Assembly: GCA_020184695.1 (NCBI GenBank)
Contig: JAANOX010000117.1
Coordinates: 310,001-374,000 of the forward strand
Direction of reading: 5' to 3'
Source: Histomonas meleagridis 2922-C6/04-290x
Lineage: Eukaryota; Protista; Parabasalia
Length of the DNA: 64,000 bases
Shown: positions 11,301-22,071 of the stretch, piece after piece
How positions within the stretch are numbered: position 1 is the first letter of the stretch
How the letters are laid out: every line of letters begins with the position of its first letter
Program-made: the position numbers and the translations under genes
The notes under the pieces: model-generated
What the model was told of the DNA's origin: nothing
What the model saw: only the letters and a program-made list of their open reading frames with translations
Database searches by the model: none

Positions 11301-13100
11301 ATACCTAAAGATTGTTCATTCACTTTAATGGATGAAAATAAATTCGAATGTTATAATCCTTTAATCGTAAATCAAAACATTGATACATATATCTTAGGAT
11401 CAAATGCTATTGGACACATATTAAAGTTTTTAAGTCCTCAAACAGAGAAACGAATAAATTATCAAATATTAACATTAATTAGTTATTATGTTAACGAATA
11501 TTCATTTTTTGAAGAATCGCTTTTAAATTTCATTGAAGACCAAAGGAATTTTAATGATTCGAAATTATTTTTTATTATTTATGACTTATTTAGTAAAATT
11601 AAAGTCAAAGAAAAACAAGAAAAATGGTTTTCATTATTTATCATTTTAAACATTAAAATATGGAAACAATATAATAACTTTCCACAAATATTACATTTCT
11701 TATCGAATGAAATGATATCTCAAAACCAACATATCTTAAAAGAAAAGTCATTTTTTAATGATCTTTTGATCCAAATTCAAACAATCGACAAGAAATATTG
11801 GGATAAGTTCTCGCTTCTAATAAAACGAATCGCTTTCGTTAACTTCGATCAATTTTCTTTCGATTCTTTCGCAAAAAACTTAAACAAATCCGTCGAAAAG
11901 TTTCCGATAATAATACAAAATAATAAGAAATCAAATAGACCAACATTAATTAATCGAATTCCTTTATCTAATTTCGATAACATAAATTCGTTCATTCCTC
12001 GTTCCGAAATATCATTCATGAACATTTCCAATTTCATTTCGAACAAAATAAATGAAATCGATTATTGCAAAGAAAACCAAAAATTAGTTCTTTCTGATTT
12101 TACGATATTTTTAATTGATTTAATTAAAGATATCTCAAAAGTTATAAAATCATTTAATAATAATTCGGAGTTTGTTTCATTATTATTTAAGTTTTTAGCA
12201 TTTCCAAACGTGAAAGTTATATATAATATTGTTGTCTCTATTTGTATAATAACTGAAAAGGATTTCCATAAATGTGTGTTTAGAATATTGAAAAATATAC
12301 CGCGATATTTATATTATGATGTGTTAAAATTATTATTACCTGAGATTAAAAAATGTCCGTATTTATTATCTTTGATTTGTGCACTTGTCTTTTTCGAGGC
12401 TCCAAAATCAATCGAATTGATCGAATATTCAACTTTCGACGCAATTTTGGGTTCTTCTGATGGTTTTTGGTATTTCTTTCCAATCATTTTAGTGTTTTTC
12501 TTAGAAAATAATTTCCAAAAAACGATTTTACAATTCGTTGCTTTTTGTTGTGGCTCTAACGTTAAAACAATTCAAAATATCTTGAATTTAATGGCGTATT
12601 TCTCAACAATTTTCCTTTGCGAATTCAATTCTGATATTATAACGTATTTTTACAGCGTCGTGTTGGAATTCGGTCAAAAACCAAAATCACAACTTTACAA
12701 AAATGTTTTCAATACTTTATTTTTTACGCTATATGACAAAAATCCAAATTCATTATACTTCCATACAATTGATGATATTTTGGAATTCTTAAAAACAGAT
12801 ATTTCTTCTATCAATGTTAAATATTATTTGGCCGTTTCAAATAATAAAATCATGAAAGAAACTTTGGTAAGTTTAATCGATTCGAATATTTGTAAAAATA
12901 ATAAATCATTATCAAAGACTTATACATATTTAAAGGAATTTAAAAGAGAAAATAAAGAAAAGAAAATAGTAAATATTCACGCGTTCGAAGAAATGACAGA
13001 ACATTTTTATTCGATACAAAATAAATATCTCGACCACTTTAAGGAATCAATTAAAAGTCAATTCGCAGCAATGCTGAAGGATTATTACTCTTGGGAATGA
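8379..13100 (+). CDS. Large helical-solenoid protein with a central ConA/LamG-like segment; resembles the N-terminal part of BEACH-family proteins, but no BEACH/WD40 seen
   Basis: 1573-aa ORF. Beta-rich block FSISFYIQY...WHLVV..Y......FTTYLDG...IKIGG...GNIGNL.FY. AACGGT at 8355-8360 upstream. Confidence 0.6.
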   Translation: MSNSNKNYFNDLILLFKIRADPHHYNLESTANENFLKIPQLDKQKISFLEEKTKNLSDVSNALKEANFIYRFDEDFVTKFPEIEFNEYNFITFLFQIIAFIFVDIRKPSVDFYCSVLDPINLCIINNPKISQKYHAQINSIFMTLFTYTFKAVGFQPSEKYIKTTYYHFQKNTYLPSAFYCELIDFVSFIMELKNDSHNFELLILSLQENRPIMRGVSNHVTLLKIIEPYCENFDLFSLTVLSLVSTRNVSIITKNEVKYIVTKFPPKIIKNFSSEKVEENDRQNEVPIFQTHKIEVKPFDYRIIEGKSDFSNGLIMKLINSPKYNGLTSEHFALLPEENLSPLKALSTSFKFMSIDVLTEFFTKFSKDLYEIKDKNNFIPCYVSMIYLLFDFWDKEEIITPIKKMVFNDVIFNTNQTLFGPYLINDEISKIRTFTVKAFKNSSELIELIKCNKENPFFVADIFLRLEKLDSFYNNDFLRIISDCCAKLQLLDLKEHCQHIESARHIMLILLGDIFLNTYDSYKYFEYFMKFCYEKQLSKIIIWLFKKSTTYQKDCGNLTHVFNFILKTLRVNTDMCWELIKATSKIFEKRPYLKNSILDFLDITIDFLNEVQTKEVLDLIFKYSEEVNELQIERIKTLSDSINKIDPNESFDKLCIILGQKCNTKSTVRQVNFFIINPYVIQIILLTYGFTNDVIDLFYGLASCSLTNILYFHKFNVDEIILKRLITKNNEIEFKGKTFQIKLQNKEKTIELLYIILISHFDEEIFKIILKNFNELFCYLLYSLQVYKRITPKVYSPFGMNIPIYSSNSIKSSIFKDFSISFYIQYDSTVTHLYPKEKHLMFSISDKERNELRFQLIDTSINVSFINKSSVSDVNICRLMSYDTNWHLVVTNYNSQKNIFTTYLDGEHSSNSTFVPIKFKKGSLNIKIGGKSTENIQIFNNKNLKLYGNIGNLSFYKNNIEQVNMGENISLYEIPKDCSFTLMDENKFECYNPLIVNQNIDTYILGSNAIGHILKFLSPQTEKRINYQILTLISYYVNEYSFFEESLLNFIEDQRNFNDSKLFFIIYDLFSKIKVKEKQEKWFSLFIILNIKIWKQYNNFPQILHFLSNEMISQNQHILKEKSFFNDLLIQIQTIDKKYWDKFSLLIKRIAFVNFDQFSFDSFAKNLNKSVEKFPIIIQNNKKSNRPTLINRIPLSNFDNINSFIPRSEISFMNISNFISNKINEIDYCKENQKLVLSDFTIFLIDLIKDISKVIKSFNNNSEFVSLLFKFLAFPNVKVIYNIVVSICIITEKDFHKCVFRILKNIPRYLYYDVLKLLLPEIKKCPYLLSLICALVFFEAPKSIELIEYSTFDAILGSSDGFWYFFPIILVFFLENNFQKTILQFVAFCCGSNVKTIQNILNLMAYFSTIFLCEFNSDIITYFYSVVLEFGQKPKSQLYKNVFNTLFFTLYDKNPNSLYFHTIDDILEFLKTDISSINVKYYLAVSNNKIMKETLVSLIDSNICKNNKSLSKTYTYLKEFKRENKEKKIVNIHAFEEMTEHFYSIQNKYLDHFKESIKSQFAAMLKDYYSWE

Positions 13101-13258
13101 TCTCAAAATGAATTGTTTAGTAAAAATTTATTGAAATTTTGTTTTTAGGAATGTGTTGTTTATGAAATAATTGTTTGTATTAAATCGCTGATATTTATCA
13201 TTATTATTGTTTGTATTAAATCGCTGCTTTTAAGTGAAGCATCTGAAAAAGTCACATC

Positions 13259-14256
13259 GAAATTGTTGAAGAGAAGAATTAAGACAGAAACGAACAATTT
13301 TTCATATTTTAATTACAATGAAAATGAATTTATTAAAACACAAAATTATAATTTTGTAACGAATATATATGAAATTAATATATTACCAAAAATAAACCAA
13401 AAATTAATAATTAATTTAACTAATGAATTATCAGTTAATTACAGCGATGTACAATTCGAAAACAATAATTACATTAAATTAATTAAGAATCAATTAAACG
13501 AAATACGAAATCTTAAACATGAAATAATTCAAAATGACGTAAAATACGAAACACTTAAAGAGAAATACAATCAAATCAAAGAAAGTTTTAGTGAAACAAT
13601 TTCGAATTACATAAACACGAATTCAAATCTCAAAAACGAAAACATAAAATTGGAACAAATTAACGAAGACTTAAACAACAAACTCAAAAACATATTAAAA
13701 TATTATTCTAAAAACATACGGAAACAAAAAACAAATAATTTATCGATTTCTAATTTGATGAATATTCTTACAATAAAAGAAGAAAACAAAATTATAAATT
13801 TAAATGTTTCGAATCCAAATTCATTCGATGTAATAAATATAATAAACTTAAGAACAACTGGAAAAATTACACAAATTTCATTAGCGCCAATTAATAACTT
13901 CGAGCCACTCTTCATAACGAAACCTTTAACATATGAATTTATTTATCAAAAACCAAATTTAACATTTTCATTTAATTCATTTAAAGTAAATAACATTAAT
14001 ACAATTGACGAAATATCAAATTCTCTTCATTTGGAAGCAATTCCCGAAATTATTAATATTCGTCCAAAAATTTTAAACAATTTGAAGATACAAAAAATTA
14101 ATGAAAACGAAATATTGAATAAAAATAATGAAGTTTTAAATATTTCGTTGCCTTTGGTGAATGAAATAGATGATAATGAAATGGAGAATATGAAAAATGA
14201 ACTCAAAAGCGAAAGAAAAGAAAATGTTAATGAAATTGTTGAAGAGAAGAATTAAG
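13259..14256 (+). repeat. 973-bp unit bounded by 25-bp perfect direct repeats, carrying an N/K/I/E-rich low-complexity ORF (13263..14255)
   Basis: gaaattgttgaagagaagaattaag at 13259-13283 and 14232-14256. Confidence 0.85.
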
Positions 14257-15360
14257 GCAATGAATAAGGAATTGGCATAGCAAAACGCAAGGCAAAATGA
14301 TTTGTTGGAGGAACTATCAAGAGTTAGAACAAATTATAGAGAACTCCTTGCAAAATGTAATTAGAATATTTGTAGAAATAAAATATTGTTTTGTTTTTTT
14401 AACATGTTTTTGATAGTGAATTCTTCTGAAAAAGTCGTTTTGAAAAATGTCTATCGAGGAAGTTTTGTCTGAAAAAGTGGAAATTCACTTTTGCATTATC
14501 TATCGTTACCTCCTAAAAAATAAAACTATAACAAAGAGATGAAAAGAAGGAGGTTGATCATCCAATCACATATTTTTACTATAGTAATATTATGATAATT
14601 TTTTTATGTTTTGCAAAATAAACATCATGTTTTAGTAAATAACTTTTAATAAATATTTTTTTGATCATGAATTTTCCTGTTGACAAACACTTGTTAACTA
14701 TCAAGAAAATTGAAAATATTTAAGACCATTAATGAATACTAATAGCAAATGAAAAAATTAACTTTTTATCATTGAAGAAATATGGATTCAAAAAGTTCTA
14801 TGCGGTGGATGCATACTCCTTTTTTCATTTTTCAAGTAAAATTGTAAGCTTTCATACATCCAGCTGACCATGGTCTATACTAAAAAAAAACTTTTTTTTA
14901 TACTTTGTTTGATTGATGAACGCTCATCATTTTAGGAAAACAACAAGAAAATTATGATAAACTTTTACATAATGATTTTGAACTTCATAAATATGTTAAA
15001 AAAAATGCGTTAATTATATACAATAAATTAAAGTTATTTTCATAATAATTTACTTTTTGTTCAAACTTAATTTAACACAGATAAAAGCAGAACTACTCAA
15101 GACGAACACTTATTTGAAATTGAAATATCTTTCTTTTGATTTTTGAAAAATAATGCATTTTTACCATAATATCTCGAAATTTCCAATTTTTTCTTTAATA
15201 TAATTTATCATTTACTTTTAGTGTTTATGATTTGGATAAATTGGATTTATTCTAATAATCATATAATAGAAGAAACATAAAATTTGCTAAATAACATAAA
15301 AGTTTGTATTTATTAAATTAATAAACAAATTAAAATATTTTGTTCTTAAAATATGTTTAT

Positions 15361-17468
15361 TTATATCTGACTGATAAATTTTTCTTCTTTGAAATCGTCT
15401 GCAAATGGATCTTCTTCGATATTTGAATTATTAATACCAACTGAAAATGTATTATCTATTTCATTAATTTTATTATTATTTTCATCTGAAACATTCATTT
15501 CTTCTTCATTTTGTTTCCGCTTCTTATTTTGATATTTAATCATAAAAATTATAATTATCATTATAAATATAATAATTATTACAATTACAACAACAATTAT
15601 AATGATAATTAATGTATTATATCATCATTGTTTATTATTACATCTTCGATATAAGAAATATAAAAGAAATTTGAATAATACGTAAAATATTCTGGATAAT
15701 ATATAATTGTATAATTATAATATATGAAATCGACATAAATATATTTAGTTTCAGATTCAATGAAAGTAACTGAATAAGATTTTAAGAAAGTATAATAAAT
15801 TGATAAAGTTTTTATAAACGATAAAGAATAAGTTAAAGTAATAGTATTAACAAAAGTAAAATTCATCGAAAATGTATTAAAATATGTATTTGAATCAAAA
15901 TTATTTTTTGATTTCGTAAATGTGTTTGAATTAGCAAATGTATTTATGTTAGTAAATGTATTTGAGTTAGTGAATGTACCACTTTGTGTGAATGTGAATG
16001 CGCGTGTTGGCGGGAGACATTCGTCAAGTGTTGTTCCCTTAGTAATTTCCATATTTCCAAATGTTTCATTTTGATATGTTTCTATTGTCATAACTAATGT
16101 CGCATTTATATTAACAAATGCATCATTTTGGATAACTGGTGAAATTTCTCCATTAAAATAAATACAAGGAAGTGATGTACAATTAAAAAATGCACATGAA
16201 TTAATATATTGAACATTTTCATCAATAAAAATTCTTTCTAAATTATTACAACTTGCAAAAGAATAATTCATAATAGAAATGACTGAATTAGGAATTGCAA
16301 ATGTTTTACTTTTCATATTCGGATAACTAATAATATATGTAATTTCTTTATTATATAAAACCCCATCATTTTCATAATTCGAATATCCAATATTTTCTTC
16401 TGAAACATTAATAAATTGAAGATTTGTACATTCTAAAAATGGATTTCCAATCGAAGTAACTGAACTTGGTATATAAATATTCACAAGGTTTGTACATCCT
16501 CTGAATGCATCTGAGCCAATACTTCGGACGCCTTCAGCTAATGTTATCGTTTCAAGTCCTGTACATTTATAAAATGCATTACCACTAATGGTATTACAAC
16601 GGATTATAATATTATTTAATGAAATACATTCTGCAAATGCACCACCTCCAATTCCACTCATTAATTTATCTGGAAATTGGACATATTCTAATTTTTTACA
16701 TGATGCAAATGCTCCACTATTTATATTTCCAACTGTTTCTCCAATTATTACTGTTGTTAATAAAGGCCATTCTCTGAATGCATTACTTTCAATCTCGCCA
16801 ACATCAATAATTATAACACGTTCTGTATCATTCATATAATCATTTGAAAAATCAATGGAATCAGATATTGTGAGTGTTTTTGTCTCTTCGTTATATGATT
16901 GCTTTGTATTCACAAAAAATATAATCATTAAAATCAGAATAACTTCGTTTTTTTGATGAATGTTCTTCTGATTAAAATAAATTTTGAAAAAGAAAGTAAA
17001 AACAAAAAATATAAATACGAACAAAGTTATATTTGAATATATAGAAGGAATTAATGCATTAAATATCTTTGGTAGATTTCTAAGAATATTATTGCTGCAA
17101 TTCATTGATAAATTACATTGAAAACTTTCATTAAAATGATATATATTATGCATAATATGAAAGATTGCAGTTATTTTGGAATAAATATTTGAAATTATTA
17201 AATTTGGAGAAACGAAATGCTTAAAACCTATTCTATTGTTATTTAGAGAATTATTGAGTGAAGCGCATTGCAGTAAATGATTTATGTTGTTTGCTGTTTG
17301 AATTTTTTGTAAAAATATTTTACTCTTTATGAGTTCTCTCTTGTTACTTGGGATGTAATGAATGCTTTTGTTTATCCAAAATAACGTTATAAAAAATACC
17401 AGATACATGAGCTGGAAGGAAACATAAGTTAACAAAAATAATTTTTTTTCTAATGATACAAAATACAT
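15361..17468 (-). CDS. BspA-like LRR surface protein; a single frameshift at ~15615 separates the ectodomain from the TM/cytoplasmic tail
   Basis: LRR_5-type repeats and SNTFT stalk in 15609..17468. TM run IIIIIVVVIVIII and EEDPFADDFKEE tail in another frame (15361..15610). Confidence 0.8.
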
Positions 17469-18007
17469 AACAACAACTTCTATTTCTTGTATGCTTTTTC
17501 TATGTCCCTACAAACGAGCCAGTATTTTAATAACTTATTGGAGTTTGTTTCATAAGGAAAAAATGTTTTTCTGCACCAAAATTTTTCTGACAAAATAATT
17601 TGAACGAAAATATTAATGCCAATATGCGAGGAAATGAAACCATCCCACAAATCAGGCATATGCACATGCTTGTTCATTGTTTTATTTTCAGTGAGAGAAT
17701 CAAAATTATATTTATTTGAAATAAAAACATGTTTGTTGAAATTTATGAGGAGGATGAAAGTGCCAATGTGAATCAATGTTATCATCAATTGAGAATATCC
17801 ATCATATTTCATCGATTTGGTATATGCGTTTCCAATATAAATCTGGTTTGGTTGTAACGAAAAACCTCTAATTTTTCATTAGAAATGTGTGTAACAACTG
17901 TTGTTCAATGTGACATGTGAGTTTTCATCAAAATTATTTTGGATGCCGAGGCACACACATGAAGCATTAGGTGACATGAAAAGATCTCATTTACTTGCTC
18001 ACAAGTG

Positions 18008-18305
18008 AGGAATTGACATTTGAATGGATTTAAGGGAAAACGACAAGAAACAACCAACTTTTTATGAAAAGAAATTTCAAATTTCGATTGAAATAATAGG
18101 ATAATGATGATTAATCATTAAAAAAAGATATACTTATCTAAATGTTTTTTCTTCCATTTGCAAATGGATCATCTTCAACATAGCTCGTACTGTTGAATGG
18201 TTTTCTATGAACTCGTTCTGGCTTATATTTAACGGTCTATTGTCGAACGGTCCCTATTTTCTAAACGGTCGTGAGGAAAATTATTAGGAATTGACATTTG
18301 AATGG
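18008..18305. repeat. 20-bp direct repeats enclosing a decayed BspA C-terminal tail
   Basis: aggaattgacatttgaatgg at 18008-18027 and 18286-18305. Minus strand ~18130-18185 reads YVEDDPFA. 16-bp palindrome tccatttgcaaatgga at 18153-18168. Confidence 0.65.
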
Positions 18306-18380
18306 GTTTTAAGTTATTTATATTAGATTTTATTCAAAAACTTCTATGCACACCAACACATCTTTTATAATTATATATTT

Positions 18381-20384
18381 CTAATTTAACATTATATTTA
18401 TTTCATCATTGCTAAATCCAATTTCTCTTAAGACCGTAACTAAATTTTGATTTTTTTGGAAATTTTTATGTAAATTTTTCAATAAGTTTTGGATATCTTC
18501 TCTTACCAAAAATGCCTTAAACACATTCATATGTTGTATTGTATCATCGAATATCTTAATAATCTGATTAATCTGATATAAGACTGAAACTAAAGTTTCA
18601 TAAATTATAGAAATGTCTTTATCAAGATTATCATCATCATCATCAACATTATCATCAATTAAACTGAAATCAAATTGCGAAATCTTATTTATTAATGTAC
18701 ATGTCATATCTATCCATGGATTTACTTGAATCCAATCCATTTGGATTTGAAAAACTGATACTTTTTCGAATGCTTTTAATATAAACAATAATATTTTGCG
18801 CGCTAATTTTATCCCATCGACAAAAGGATAATTTTCTAAGTTATTAATTGAATCTAGTATAACATTTTCCATCATTTGTCTACAGAGAATTTCGACATTT
18901 TGATCGGAATAAAATCCAATAATATATGTAGTAATTTTTATAAATGACAAATAAATATTAAAATCATTTTTTCTTGTATTCATTATATTTAATATAAGTT
19001 TAAATAATATTGGAAAAGAATGTGATATTGGAAATCTTCTTTTCATTAAATCAGTCAGTGAACGAAATGCATAATTAATATTAATATTATTCATTGGATC
19101 ATTTAAAAATAAAAGTATCATTTCTAATAACTGATTTAAATATTTATCAAATGCATAAATTGATGAATAACTGATAGCAATTATAGTTAACACATCTAAT
19201 ATCATTGGGTCATGATGAATATTAAAATGTTGAATAAACATTTCTAAATCAGAACTAAGATATGGTAACATTAAATTTTGGCCTTTTGTACAAAATTCGG
19301 GATATATTGAGAAGATATCTTCTTGGTTTCGATTTAATTCAGGTTGTTGAAATGACATCATGAAAAAGGTATGAAAATTAGCAATAAGTGCTTCCAATTC
19401 ATTATAATTTTTTAAATGCTCAATCATATGTATTATAGTTTGGCCAACTGCATATGAAAAATTCGGATTTGGTGTTGTTAAAAGTTGTAATAAATATATA
19501 ACATATTCACTAATATGTGGATAAAAATTAATATTGATTAAGGTATTAAATGCAGAAAACGCAGTAGAATTTGAAATTTGTATCGAAGACATTATAATTG
19601 GAACACATTCACTGACTTTCATATTAAATGCATCTGATTTTTTGGCTATTTCACATAAAAGTTTTAATGCAGTATCACGTAAATATATTTGGGTACTTTG
19701 AGTATTAAGTACTGAACATGTTTTTTCATATATATTAAGTATTAAGCTTTCAACAGGATTATTTGGATCATAAATATCACAATTTTCAACAACAAATAAA
19801 TATAAATATAATGCAAGCGTACGGAATTGTTCATTTTGATTATTTATTTGTTGATCCGCATTTTGTAGATATATATTAAGAGTTAATTGTGGAAATTCTT
19901 TCGCTAAAATACCTAAAAGTTGTATTGATGAACTTGTATATCTATCGGTATCATAACTATCAAAGAATTTAACAGTTAACATCATTGATGCTTGAAGAAT
20001 TGGTTGAAGACAATTTTGAATGATTCCATTATTAATTTGATTCAATTTTTCTGATATAGCAATCGCTCGTATAAATTCAAAGATTTCATCATGAAGATTA
20101 TCATCATTAATTTGCCCTAAATCTGTAAGTGCTGCGTTTATAGCTTTTTCAGAAATAGATTGAAATGCTTCAACATAAAAATATTTTGCCAACGCATAAA
20201 CACATTTATATGCAGCTGCTTTAAGTTCAATAATTCCAAGAGCTTGGAGAATTACATTCGTTAATTGACTGGCAATTACTGCTTCCATATAACCATTAAT
20301 CATTTCACTAAGAATGTTTATATATAATTTCGGTTGAGCTCTACTAAAAATGAAACAAATAATCGAAGAATTCATGCGGAACAT
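18381..20384 (-). CDS. HEAT-repeat, importin-beta-like protein; 5' part appears decayed
   Basis: All-helical 667 aa with importin-beta-like segments (I.NQNEQFRTLAL, LRDTALKLLCEIA). Upstream 20400-20580 looks like stop-interrupted coding sequence. Confidence 0.5.
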   Translation of the reverse strand: MFRMNSSIICFIFSRAQPKLYINILSEMINGYMEAVIASQLTNVILQALGIIELKAAAYKCVYALAKYFYVEAFQSISEKAINAALTDLGQINDDNLHDEIFEFIRAIAISEKLNQINNGIIQNCLQPILQASMMLTVKFFDSYDTDRYTSSSIQLLGILAKEFPQLTLNIYLQNADQQINNQNEQFRTLALYLYLFVVENCDIYDPNNPVESLILNIYEKTCSVLNTQSTQIYLRDTALKLLCEIAKKSDAFNMKVSECVPIIMSSIQISNSTAFSAFNTLININFYPHISEYVIYLLQLLTTPNPNFSYAVGQTIIHMIEHLKNYNELEALIANFHTFFMMSFQQPELNRNQEDIFSIYPEFCTKGQNLMLPYLSSDLEMFIQHFNIHHDPMILDVLTIIAISYSSIYAFDKYLNQLLEMILLFLNDPMNNININYAFRSLTDLMKRRFPISHSFPILFKLILNIMNTRKNDFNIYLSFIKITTYIIGFYSDQNVEILCRQMMENVILDSINNLENYPFVDGIKLARKILLFILKAFEKVSVFQIQMDWIQVNPWIDMTCTLINKISQFDFSLIDDNVDDDDDNLDKDISIIYETLVSVLYQINQIIKIFDDTIQHMNVFKAFLVREDIQNLLKNLHKNFQKNQNLVTVLREIGFSNDEINIMLN

Positions 20385-20646
20385 TTTTATTCGACGCTTA
20401 TGAATATCTCAAACATTTCGAGGAATCACTCCATAGCAATCTTTAACTGATGATTATTATATTTGGTAATGATCCCTGAACTTATACTTAATAGAAAGCT
20501 ATTCAATATGTGTTTTTTAAAAAAAATGCCAGCACCTCACAATTACCTGAAAAAGCCGCATACTTTGAATACTTTACACGAATAGAAATTTTCAATCATT
20601 GCGGTTTCATTCAAAAATAAATGCCATTTCAAAAAGTGTCATCCAA

Positions 20647-21189
20647 ATGGAAGTAAAATCTGTTGTTTCTGGTGACTCAGACAGTGGCATAAGTGCTTTG
20701 ATGTATGCATACCAAAATGGTAAAGCTCCGGGGAGATATATACCAACAATAATTGAAAATTATACTAAAAAAGTTAATATTGAAGAGCATACAATAAAGC
20801 TAAAAGTATGGCAAATAGCAGGTCAAGGTGATTACGACAAGGTCAGACCACTTTCTTATGCTAATGCAGACGTTATTATAATATGTTTTTCTCTAGTTTC
20901 TCAAGACTCTCTTCTTAATGTAGAGAAGATATGGTTACCAGAAGTCAAGAAATTTTGCAAAGGAGCAGCTTATATTTTGGTAGGCTTGCAAAGTGACCTA
21001 CGGGATGAGAATTCTTCAGAAGAAATAGTTACAACAAAGCAAGGAGAGGAAATGAAAGAAAAAATTGGTGCTTATGGTTATATCGAAGCATCAGTGGACA
21101 AATATTCAAATATAAATGAAGTCTTTGAATTAGCACTCAGGGCCGTAATTGCAAAACAACAAAAAAAGAAGGGATGTGAAATTTACTAA
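20647..21189 (+). CDS. Rho/Rac-family small GTPase-like protein with degenerate nucleotide-binding motifs
   Basis: YIPTIIENY, RPLSYANADV.IICFSL, polybasic tail plus CEIY. G1 reads GDSDSGIS, G3 QIAGQ, G4 LQSD. Confidence 0.9.
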   Translation: MEVKSVVSGDSDSGISALMYAYQNGKAPGRYIPTIIENYTKKVNIEEHTIKLKVWQIAGQGDYDKVRPLSYANADVIIICFSLVSQDSLLNVEKIWLPEVKKFCKGAAYILVGLQSDLRDENSSEEIVTTKQGEEMKEKIGAYGYIEASVDKYSNINEVFELALRAVIAKQQKKKGCEIY

Positions 21190-21630
21190 AAAATTATATT
21201 TTATTATAATCCAACTGTATTCATTTAATATTTATCAATGATTGATCATTTTTATAAAACGAACCCAAAAGAAATAAAAGAGCTGTTAAACATTTTTCTT
21301 CTTAGTTTTACGTTAATAAATGTAAGCTTGCATTTATTTTTACTTAGTTGAAATTACAGCAATTGAAAAAATTCAACATGAATGCACAAGCATGAGAATT
21401 AAAAATAATCATCATAGAATGTCTTGTATTATTATTTTAATAACCTAAATAAAGATAACATCATTAATTGACACACTAAATCACGCATTTAAAAAATGTC
21501 AACAGCATCAATGTGTGTGTAATTGCAAAGTTATTTCGATACGCTTATAAAATTAATTATTTTATTAGTTAAAACAAAAATTCATAAAAAAATAATATCC
21601 ATTGATTTACATAATAAACAAATAACATAT

Positions 21631-22071
21631 TTAGACAGATTTTGCAGCCATGTTTGATGGTATGTGGTCAATTTCTTGATTAAATCTTTGGGTGTAAAAT
21701 TGAATTCCTTTTGAAATTTTTTTTAATTGTTTTATGAAATCTTCTTGAGGGCTTTTTGTTATGTTTCTTATTTTCTTTTGAAATCTGCATCGAGCACATG
21801 AAGCAATTGTACCATGAAATGATTCCTCTCCGTTAAATTTAATAGCATTTTCCCAAATTAAATTCATGTCATCGATATAGCTTTTCAACTTCGAGTAGCT
21901 CCTATTCTTTAGCCTTTCTAGAACTTTATTTAACCACATGGGTCTTTGAATAACATCGTAATAATCTGGTACATCTTTTTGCCTTACCTTTTCTACAAAG
22001 GCCTCACACATATCCCAATGTATGAACTTCTCTGTTATTTTGATGCATTGTTTGTATTGGTATTCATTCAT
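21631..22071 (-). CDS. Bromodomain protein
   Basis: F..KV....VPDYYDVI.RPM.L..V..RL....Y.....YIDDMNLIWENA.KFN. Confidence 0.92.
   Translation of the reverse strand: MNEYQYKQCIKITEKFIHWDMCEAFVEKVRQKDVPDYYDVIQRPMWLNKVLERLKNRSYSKLKSYIDDMNLIWENAIKFNGEESFHGTIASCARCRFQKKIRNITKSPQEDFIKQLKKISKGIQFYTQRFNQEIDHIPSNMAAKSV

Noticed and set aside
13169-13226. 21-bp direct repeat attgtttgtattaaatcgctg
   Set aside because: A simple local duplication in AT-rich intergenic DNA with no associated structure.
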